Shown: in pieces, positions 41,042 through 48,220 of the stretch
Layout of the letters: every line of letters starts with the position of its first letter
How positions within the stretch are numbered: the first letter of the stretch is position 1
Origin: a virus
Taxonomy: Duplodnaviria; Caudoviricetes
IMG/VR virus record: IMGVR_UViG_3300037067_019009
Location: 32,001-96,000 of that record
Direction: 5' to 3' (one strand)
Length of the DNA: 64,000 nucleotides
Position numbers and translations under genes: made by a program
The notes under the pieces: generated by a model
What the model saw: the letters and a program-made list of their open reading frames with translations, nothing else
Told to the model about the DNA's origin: nothing
Databases searched by the model: none

Positions 41042-41416
41042 CTATAGCATCAGCTCCTCGGAAACGTCTCCATTCACTGCAATGTGCAGTATATTGCCGG
41101 ACTCGAATCCAACTACCTCGTAACATATATCAGTCATCAGACCTCCTCCAGTGATAGCTGTAGATAAGTAGTCTAACAGTAACTCTAGCCCACTTTCTAC
41201 AACGCGAAGCGGTACTCTTACTACCCTGTCTATGCGTGCATTAAAATCTACTGCGTCCAGAAGCTGCTTAGTCGTGAGTGGGGCTTCTAGTATGCTATAA
41301 CCGGCCTCCGTTTCCTTCAAGACTCCAGAAAAATCTATAGCCTCAATCGCTTCCAGCACCATACGTCCTAACTCATCGGCTATTTCCCTTCGTCTTTTTT
41401 CATGCGGGCATATCAT
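41042..41416 (-). CDS. hypothetical protein
   Basis: packed ORF. Confidence 0.6.
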   Translation of the reverse strand: MICPHEKRRREIADELGRMVLEAIEAIDFSGVLKETEAGYSILEAPLTTKQLLDAVDFNARIDRVVRVPLRVVESGLELLLDYLSTAITGGGLMTDICYEVVGFESGNILHIAVNGDVSEELML

Positions 41417-41440
41417 GCGTACACCTTCCCGTAAGCACCT

Positions 41441-41761
41441 TTAACAATGTGCTTTACGTTGGTTTTCCTCTCTTTTTACCTTCACTTGTTTAAGCGCTTC
41501 CGCTTTAGTTGCAAATAACTTATCTTCCTTACAGGTGTCCAATTTACCATTATCACAATCGAAAAATTTATAAAATACCTGCCCAAGAGCATTATAAGTT
41601 ACACTCACTAGTTCGACCTTGGTTAGCTTCCAGTCATTAAATATACTTTTCACTCCACATGTTTTGCATGGTTTATCATAAACCACTATCGGTTGTAACC
41701 ACCAGACTTTTGTCCGTGGATTGCATATATTGAATTTAAGTTCGGGTTTGATAATTGTCAC
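41441..41761 (-). CDS. hypothetical protein (AT-rich)
   Basis: GGAGG RBS; LFATKAEA. Confidence 0.55.
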   Translation of the reverse strand: MTIIKPELKFNICNPRTKVWWLQPIVVYDKPCKTCGVKSIFNDWKLTKVELVSVTYNALGQVFYKFFDCDNGKLDTCKEDKLFATKAEALKQVKVKREENQRKAHC

Positions 41762-41765
41762 TAGT

Positions 41766-42113
41766 CTACCTCCACAACTTTAGTTCGCTTTGAGGAACCA
41801 TATCCTCTAAGCTAATTATAGTGACCGGATAAGCTCCTTCGGCGGAAGGCTCGCAGTCTATAAAAGTGACTTCAGTCTCAGAGTCTTCCAGTTCTTCCCT
41901 CCAATACTTATGCACTACATCCTTCGGGAGCGGGAAGTCCTCATCTAGTGGTGAAACCTCCAGCACCTCCTCTTGGAATCTGCATACCGCAAGGCAAAAA
42001 ACTTCTGGAAGATGATGGCCCTTGGACCAGTAACCCCCAGGCTCCCCAGACAAGCAGAACATATCTATATTTAGTTCGTAAGGCTCTTGATAGCCCTCAG
42101 GATACACACCCAT
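41766..42113 (-). CDS. hypothetical acidic protein
   Basis: SKGHH...GAYPVT. Confidence 0.6.
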   Translation of the reverse strand: MGVYPEGYQEPYELNIDMFCLSGEPGGYWSKGHHLPEVFCLAVCRFQEEVLEVSPLDEDFPLPKDVVHKYWREELEDSETEVTFIDCEPSAEGAYPVTIISLEDMVPQSELKLWR

Positions 42114-42994
42114 AACCCACTTCCTTTATCTTGAGATATAATTCTACTAAGAGACCCATACCTCTCTTCCAAGCAGCTCAGCAGAAGCCCATGGATCTTA
42201 TCTACATCCGGCGAATACTGAAGTTTGGAGCTAAGGTAGAGAGCCTCTAGTTCGATTTCCCGTCTCTTGAAGTGGGCTTCTATGTCTTCAGCGGCCCACT
42301 CCCCACGCCTGATACTTTTCAGCTGCTCGCGATTCCTCTCCAGGTCCAAGTCTCCTTCTTCCAGTATCTGCTCTGCCTCAGCTATAAGGCGAATCACATG
42401 GTAACCAAACTTGACATCGTATCCGTACTCCTCTATCATCTCTCTCCGCTTGCTGCCTGGCTCAGGATTCTTGCTTTTCATCTTAGAAACCTGGCTGTAA
42501 GCGTAACCTTTAAATGTATGCCAGACTTTCTTTGACAGAAATAGCTTCCTATTTTTTCTCACCATCTTCCCTACTTTAGAAGTGTAAAGCAGACAGCGGT
42601 CTGGTACAAATAAGGAGTCTATCATATTGGGGTTACCGTTCATGGTAAGGAGAAAATATTTGCCGATATTGTAAATTGCGAAGTCATGTTCTACGTGTGT
42701 GTCTGGGTGGATGATATGTTGGGGATTATACTGCTCGAAGGAAGGGCCGTAGGGGCCGAATCCCTGGACCTCTTTTCTGAGGCTCGGGAACAGGTAGTCT
42801 AGCGGAGGCGTAGCAAATCCGTAGATATCCCGGTCGCTCCCGCCGGAGGATACCGCGTAAGCCTCACTGCCCATGATGACTTCGTAATCCAGGCCATCAT
42901 AGATGAAGGGTGGCGGGGTCGCTAGCAGTTGGCTATCGATAAACTTACGAACAATACTCGACATGCCTTCCTCACTAATCCTCGTAATCTTCAA
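42071..42994 (-). CDS. DNA polymerase beta-superfamily nucleotidyltransferase (RlaP/YcgL-like)
   Basis: GSEAYAVSSGGSDRDIYG, GNPN, FKGYA, K..YHVIRL, LKSIRRG. Confidence 0.85.
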   Translation of the reverse strand: MKITRISEEGMSSIVRKFIDSQLLATPPPFIYDGLDYEVIMGSEAYAVSSGGSDRDIYGFATPPLDYLFPSLRKEVQGFGPYGPSFEQYNPQHIIHPDTHVEHDFAIYNIGKYFLLTMNGNPNMIDSLFVPDRCLLYTSKVGKMVRKNRKLFLSKKVWHTFKGYAYSQVSKMKSKNPEPGSKRREMIEEYGYDVKFGYHVIRLIAEAEQILEEGDLDLERNREQLKSIRRGEWAAEDIEAHFKRREIELEALYLSSKLQYSPDVDKIHGLLLSCLEERYGSLSRIISQDKGSGLWVCILRAIKSLTN

Positions 42995-43175
42995 TACCTA
43001 CTAGAGTATAGATATCGATCCACTTCTTACCACAAGCAAAGCATTCAGATCTGCCTGAAGCTGTATCTCCATCCGCCTCCAAGGGAGAAATGCCAGTGAC
43101 ATCCTCCGATAGGCAGTATGGGCACCTGAGTCCGCGGCTTTTCAGGTAATTCTTTTTTTGTTCCTCTGTAAGCAT
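42975..43175 (-). CDS. small zinc-ribbon protein
   Basis: CPYC...CFACGKKW. Confidence 0.65.
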   Translation of the reverse strand: MLTEEQKKNYLKSRGLRCPYCLSEDVTGISPLEADGDTASGRSECFACGKKWIDIYTLVGIEDYED

Positions 43176-43402
43176 CCATTTCCTCCCTTACTATCTGGTG
43201 TAGTCACAATGCTATAAACAATCCATGGATACACCACGTATGTACGCCATGATTCCGGAACCACTATATAGATATCTCTTTTACAATGGTGGCATACTAA
43301 GTAGGCAGATTCACTGGGGTGGCGCTTAGCCCCGAGCTCTGCGGCGTTCTTAGCCTCTGGGAGGCTAAGAAAAGTCGGGAGCTTGCTCAGACTGTAAGAC
43401 AT
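43142..43402 (-). CDS. hypothetical protein
   Basis: packed ORF. Confidence 0.55.
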   Translation of the reverse strand: MSYSLSKLPTFLSLPEAKNAAELGAKRHPSESAYLVCHHCKRDIYIVVPESWRTYVVYPWIVYSIVTTPDSKGGNGCLQRNKKRIT

Positions 43403-43422
43403 ACCTTCCCTCTATTCTACGC

Positions 43423-43773
43423 TCAATAATCTCTGCCGGCACTCCAGAACCTGCTAGGAAGCATGAAAGCTTCTACTACCTCGTTATTCTCGACATCAGT
43501 TTTCGTAGCGGGAAAACGTTTACCACAGCGTCGGCACTGCCACTCATAAAAATCCAGGTTGCCTTCAGCATCAAAAGTATGGTAGCTTGGAAGTGGAGCG
43601 ACACTGCCGCCTCCTCCACAGCGTGCAAAACACATATTCCCCCATGCCACCTGGAAGCTACTCGCCACTAGATGTATCATCGCCAGATCGTGATCGCACC
43701 CGAACCTTTGTAACACACTATTGAGTATCCGCTTTATCGCTTCCATCACCACTACCCCACGGCAGTCCGACAC
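43423..43773 (-). CDS. hypothetical zinc-binding protein
   Basis: GCDHD...QCRRCGK. Confidence 0.55.
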   Translation of the reverse strand: MSDCRGVVVMEAIKRILNSVLQRFGCDHDLAMIHLVASSFQVAWGNMCFARCGGGGSVAPLPSYHTFDAEGNLDFYEWQCRRCGKRFPATKTDVENNEVVEAFMLPSRFWSAGRDY

Positions 43774-44090
43774 GCCGTAACTACAAACGTCCTATCACAA
43801 AAGCTACAAGTGGCTGTCTCTAAGACTTGTAGCTCTCTGTTGTAAGTCCCACACACCGGACATGTCCATGTATAGACTGAGGCTACCATGTCCACACCTA
43901 AACATACCAACTTCTCCGGAGCATAGCAACCCATCGCAGACGCTATCTCCTCTATTGTATCTTTGCCTCTCGCCTTATTTGGATTTAGCCTGGCCGTGCC
44001 ATCATCCCCGATATCCAAATAGAGCAGCTTATGGATAGTTCCCAGTATACGTACCAACTCATCTTTAGATGGGTCTCTGAACTCCTTCAT
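43752..44090 (-). CDS. hypothetical protein with C-terminal zinc ribbon
   Basis: ATGA-coupled to the radical SAM gene; CPVC...CSFC. Confidence 0.6.
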   Translation of the reverse strand: MKEFRDPSKDELVRILGTIHKLLYLDIGDDGTARLNPNKARGKDTIEEIASAMGCYAPEKLVCLGVDMVASVYTWTCPVCGTYNRELQVLETATCSFCDRTFVVTACRTAVG

Positions 44091-44971
44091 ATCGATATTC
44101 CTCTCTTACCTAACCATGAGTAGACATCTTCTCCAGCATTTATAGAGAAGCTGGATGGATAGACTTTCATCTCAACCAGGTCTATAAACTGGCTCATTAG
44201 CTCAGGCTCGTATAGAGATAGCTGGAGCCAGCTCGTGTGCTTTTTCAGTTCCTCATAGAAGTTAGCGCCAAACGCTATCTTCGATAACTGGTCCTTGCTC
44301 ATGTTCTTAAGGACGGAAAATAGATAGGTATTATCTATGTCTTTGTGAGGAGCCCTTCCTTGGTTGCCATATGGCAACAGGACAAAGTAGTCCACGGTGG
44401 TAAACCACGCGTTAAATATGTCCAGGAAGTAGTCGATACTTTCCTTATCCGATATTATCAGATGGAAATTGAGCTTAATCTCAGCGTCACTAAACTTCTT
44501 AGCGGCACTCTCCCAGTAATCCTTGAGATGTGGGTGGCACGATATGGCTACCCCGCCACAATAGGTTTTCATAGCCGCCACCAACTCATCTGTCACAGAC
44601 ATACCGTTAGTCGTACAGTTCGGCACTATACCGAAGCCATGCAAAAGCTCTAAAACCTTAACAAAATCTGGATGTTCGGTGGGCTCCCCACCTCCAAGGG
44701 CACACTGAAATGGACGCTGATTATCATCCATACCCCCAAATATCTTGGAGAGCTTCTCTAAGATGTTATCCGCGTGCTGGCTGGTATCTCTGGAGTCCGT
44801 ATAGCATTGCCCACAATTCCCATGGCACTTTGATGTCAGCTTAATATCGTAAAACTCAGGAAATTTAAGCTCGGTAATAGGCTTACTTACATCCAGCGCC
44901 AGTCTGATGGTCTTGCCTCCACAGAAGATACCTCTGTAATTAGCTTCCTTTTCAGTTCTAACCCGTATCAT
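44087..44971 (-). CDS. radical SAM enzyme
   Basis: CHGNCGQCY (CxxxCxxC), GGGEPTEHPDF, TTNG; ATG overlaps the stop of the ITNSS gene. Confidence 0.92.
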   Translation of the reverse strand: MIRVRTEKEANYRGIFCGGKTIRLALDVSKPITELKFPEFYDIKLTSKCHGNCGQCYTDSRDTSQHADNILEKLSKIFGGMDDNQRPFQCALGGGEPTEHPDFVKVLELLHGFGIVPNCTTNGMSVTDELVAAMKTYCGGVAISCHPHLKDYWESAAKKFSDAEIKLNFHLIISDKESIDYFLDIFNAWFTTVDYFVLLPYGNQGRAPHKDIDNTYLFSVLKNMSKDQLSKIAFGANFYEELKKHTSWLQLSLYEPELMSQFIDLVEMKVYPSSFSINAGEDVYSWLGKRGISI

Positions 44972-45378
44972 ATTTCCTCGCACTCATCAATATCGAAGAT
45001 TTGTAGCATACTATTTTCTAGATCGATTGGTAGTCCGCATTTAGTCGTGACTACTAGCAGTGTGCCTGGAGGTGGGCCACCCTCACTGAACGCCATGTCT
45101 ACAGCTTCTCGGTCAAACCCCCGGCTTTCTACTATCCTGTCTATGACCGCTTCTGAAACTTCCCCGGCTAGCGCCTGACGTACCCTATCTTCCCACCCCG
45201 GACGAGTCTCCAGGCTGATATCGAAGTAGTCATCAACGCTGCCAGTCACTCCTAACGCATGCATTATCTCTTCCAACATGGATTTAGCAGCTTTTACAGC
45301 TGTTTCTCTAGGCCATGAGAAGATCTCAGTAGATGAGTTCGTTATAAGATCCACAATGCTATGAACAAGTATCTTCAA
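44968..45378 (-). CDS. ITNSS-motif protein, subtype A (paralog 4)
   Basis: HSIVDLITNSSTEIFSW...DDYF. Confidence 0.75.
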   Translation of the reverse strand: MKILVHSIVDLITNSSTEIFSWPRETAVKAAKSMLEEIMHALGVTGSVDDYFDISLETRPGWEDRVRQALAGEVSEAVIDRIVESRGFDREAVDMAFSEGGPPPGTLLVVTTKCGLPIDLENSMLQIFDIDECEEI

Positions 45379-45605
45379 AGCTTTCTCTCCTTTACAGCAG
45401 TATCATGTATATCAACGAGGACATCATACGATGCTCCCTCGAAGTGCCCATAGTCTCTCGGCTCTGTACATATTTTTAACTCCAGGCAGACATCACACTC
45501 TGTCTCATAGAACGTGGCAACACCATGTACAAGAACGGCCGTATGTCCTTTGGCGGCCGAAGCACATTCCTCGCAAATCACTGAAGGATACCACTCGTTA
45601 CTCAT
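45375..45605 (-). CDS. small zinc-finger protein
   Basis: ICEEC...CDVC...TEPRDYG; GGAGAGG RBS. Confidence 0.6.
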   Translation of the reverse strand: MSNEWYPSVICEECASAAKGHTAVLVHGVATFYETECDVCLELKICTEPRDYGHFEGASYDVLVDIHDTAVKERKL

Positions 45606-45613
45606 ACCCTCTC

Positions 45614-45991
45614 CTACCCTTGATGGCTGCGGCATGCATTGAACAGCCGCTCTATCCAATCAAACATCTCATAGGGGATGGTGTTATCAGATTCACTCTC
45701 TATAATAAGAACCTGCTCATCCTTCTCCTCTACCCGCTTAGCCAGACTGGCCTTATAGCTACTGCCTAAGTAGTAATAGTCCAGAATAAACCGTAAAGAT
45801 TCCATCTTCGGCTCTTTAAATACCTGCTCGAATGCGTAATCGGTCTCAAACTGCCTATTATATAGATACAGCAGCCCAACTAAAAGCTGCCTGACTACAC
45901 CCACCGGTTTATCGGTATCGCAGATAAACAACTCCGAACTGGAGTTGGTTATTACGTCTACTATGGAGTTTATGCACATAAGTAATTTCAT
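45614..45991 (-). CDS. ITNSS-motif protein, subtype B (paralog 5)
   Basis: NSIVDVITNSSSELFIC...SDNTIPY..FDWIE. Confidence 0.75.
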   Translation of the reverse strand: MKLLMCINSIVDVITNSSSELFICDTDKPVGVVRQLLVGLLYLYNRQFETDYAFEQVFKEPKMESLRFILDYYYLGSSYKASLAKRVEEKDEQVLIIESESDNTIPYEMFDWIERLFNACRSHQG

Positions 45992-46554
45992 GTACTCCCC
46001 CTAACTGGCTCCTTCGCTATTATAAGTCTACCACGCCTACTTACACTGTCAAAATATACTGATACTTCTCCCAAATAGTAAGAAGTCTTAAGGTAGTTCT
46101 GCCAACCTCTGGCCGTGTGTATACCTATACCATCACCTGACCGCTTATATCTACCCGATGAAAGCCGCTTAGTACTCCCCTCATGAATAAGGAAATACGC
46201 AGTCCCACTATCTTTTAACACCATCGCGGCCTTATGAATAATACCAAGCCCAATGCTAGACTCTTTAATGACATTAAGCACGTTATTAACAGTAACTGTA
46301 TCTACCGGCCCTTCGGATAACTTACTAACTATAGCAGCATTATGCTCTAGACTGCAGTTAAACGGGTCATAGACTAAATTTTCTACACCCTTTTTATTCA
46401 AGTATTCAGTCCCTGCATCGAATCGCCCGCCACCAATATCAAGATTACGAGTCCCTGGCTTGAACTCTACCAGCTTAAACGTCGCAGCTATTTGGTTTAG
46501 TGTTGTACCAGCGGAGCTTATAGCCTGATAGGGTAACTGCACACGTCCGCCCAT
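45988..46554 (-). CDS. class I SAM-dependent methyltransferase
   Basis: NLDIGGGRFD, VYDPFN, NNVLNVI. Confidence 0.8.
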   Translation of the reverse strand: MGGRVQLPYQAISSAGTTLNQIAATFKLVEFKPGTRNLDIGGGRFDAGTEYLNKKGVENLVYDPFNCSLEHNAAIVSKLSEGPVDTVTVNNVLNVIKESSIGLGIIHKAAMVLKDSGTAYFLIHEGSTKRLSSGRYKRSGDGIGIHTARGWQNYLKTSYYLGEVSVYFDSVSRRGRLIIAKEPVRGST

Positions 46555-46579
46555 CTGTTTAAGTGATTAACCTTTCTTA

Positions 46580-47010
46580 TGGAGGTAGAATGTGCCGGTA
46601 ATACTTCAAGGCGTACTCTCCGGTTGCGCGACTACAGTTTCAAGGCCCGATAATGATTGTTTAATCTCCTCCCACACTCAGTAGGACATGTTTCATGGGC
46701 CTTAACCGGCACATACTCTATACTATGTATCATACACTTTCCAATGCGCTACGTGCACCGTATTAGTCTTACGGCTTACTCGCGAGACTTTGTCTCACTA
46801 CATAAGCTGAATAGTAAAACTAAGCCTGTCATGATCTTTGATTACACGCTACCACTGGCCACTATGCATGAACTTGTACAGATATACTAGGGTTTCCTGC
46901 ACGCTTTTTCCACTCCCGCCCCACCAGTACAGACTAACCCTATGTGATTCTACCCCCTTGTGAGACTCCGTCTCACTATATAGGCTGAGTGACAAGACTC
47001 AGCCGTAAGT
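46580..47010 (-). ncRNA. candidate structured non-coding RNA / leader
   Basis: gene-free gap with long-range helices and a duplicated 48-nt double-hairpin unit. Confidence 0.5.
46779..47004. repeat. two 48-nt direct repeats (46779-46826, 46957-47004)
   Basis: 36/48 identical by manual alignment; each folds into two hairpins. Confidence 0.8.
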
Positions 47011-47081
47011 AAAGCAGTGGTCTGTGGATTCCCATCTTAAATGGCAGTGCCGTTAGCAGACGTACTTTACAAGTATAAAGG

Positions 47082-47957
47082 CTACGAAAAAGTCTTAAAT
47101 ACCCTGTTAAGAATCGAGTTGAATTTATTTACATCTACATCTATGGCAATGTCTATGTTGCCCGGCTCGTTTATAAACTTGACATAGCCATTGTCTCCAA
47201 CCTCCGCGCGTACCCCTCTGATATAGTCGCATACGGTCGGATCTATAATGGTAGCTAACGCAAGCGGGTCGTGCATGTAGGTGAAGGCACCATAGTTTGT
47301 GGACATATAAGACAGCGTCATGCCCCCAAGGAATTCCATGTATTCCGAAGACATATTGTCTGCTACTTGTTGGTAGGCTACGGCCACCTTCTTAGTAACG
47401 TTCAAGCCTACTGATACGATAGGGATTTCAGTCCGCTCGTACACTATCTTAGTCGCCATAGGGTCGAGTCTGACGTTATGCTCCTTTACTGGTACTCCCC
47501 ACCTAGTAAAGCTTGCTCCCATTATGTACAACTTAGAGATACACTTATGCAGGTCGGGAACATAACTTACCCAGTCTGCTACATTAGTCAGCGGGCCTAT
47601 TGCAAGCACATCTACGGGATCTATCTCCGTAGTTTTGCTGAACATATGCAGCGCACTTTCATAATGAGCACCATACCGAGGCACTTCCCGCATGTTTACT
47701 TTAACATAATCGGTTTCCCTACCATTCCAGTAGATAGGATAGCCGGGAGTCATCGGATCTCCACTCCCCCTGGCTACTGGTATGTTTCTGTTGGCCAGAT
47801 AGATAAGCCTACGAAGAACGCGCTCTCTTATATCCAAGAACCCGTGAACTAAGGTAATGCCTTCGATAGAAATCTCCGGAGACGCCATAGCCAATGAGAT
47901 TGCCCATGCGTCATCTACATCAGTCCCTATATCTGTGTCTATAATAACTCTTCTCAT
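47082..47957 (-). CDS. inosine/uridine-preferring nucleoside hydrolase
   Basis: IIDTDIGTDVDDAWA, IGPLTNVA, MG, EHN..LDP, MHDPLA. Confidence 0.92.
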   Translation of the reverse strand: MRRVIIDTDIGTDVDDAWAISLAMASPEISIEGITLVHGFLDIRERVLRRLIYLANRNIPVARGSGDPMTPGYPIYWNGRETDYVKVNMREVPRYGAHYESALHMFSKTTEIDPVDVLAIGPLTNVADWVSYVPDLHKCISKLYIMGASFTRWGVPVKEHNVRLDPMATKIVYERTEIPIVSVGLNVTKKVAVAYQQVADNMSSEYMEFLGGMTLSYMSTNYGAFTYMHDPLALATIIDPTVCDYIRGVRAEVGDNGYVKFINEPGNIDIAIDVDVNKFNSILNRVFKTFS

Positions 47958-48220
47958 ACAGCACAGTACCTTCCACACACACAAGCGACACGCTCTCGTG
48001 CGGCCGTCATTAGCAGCTCCTGCGCAAAGTCCGGATATTTATCACTGAGTAGCGGTATTATACACTCCGGACTACTCAAGATCTCATCCATCTCACAGAA
48101 TGAAAGCGATGGGAGCTCCTCCTCTACACCCGCGCATTTAACTACAAGCGTATAGGTGCATTCCTCAGGAGACTCTACCAGCTCATCTGAAGAAACTACC
48201 CTGGGAAAAATATTTATCAT
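47954..48220 (-). CDS. hypothetical protein
   Basis: coupled ORF. Confidence 0.5.
   Translation of the reverse strand: MINIFPRVVSSDELVESPEECTYTLVVKCAGVEEELPSLSFCEMDEILSSPECIIPLLSDKYPDFAQELLMTAARERVACVCGRYCAV

Noticed and set aside
46620-46705. SAM-I riboswitch (GGCCCAUGAAAC and GCAACC fragments)
   Set aside because: The AUC-AAGAG, GAGGGA and GGUGC/AGAU core elements are missing, and GGCCC pairs elsewhere.
46779-47004. CRISPR mini-array
   Set aside because: Only two units, 75% identical, with a 130-nt spacer; no cas operon.
46555-47081. tmRNA, RNase P RNA or group I/II intron
   Set aside because: No tRNA-like ends with a T-arm, no GAGGAAAGUCC, no P7 elements; AGCCGUA...UACGGU is too short for domain V.
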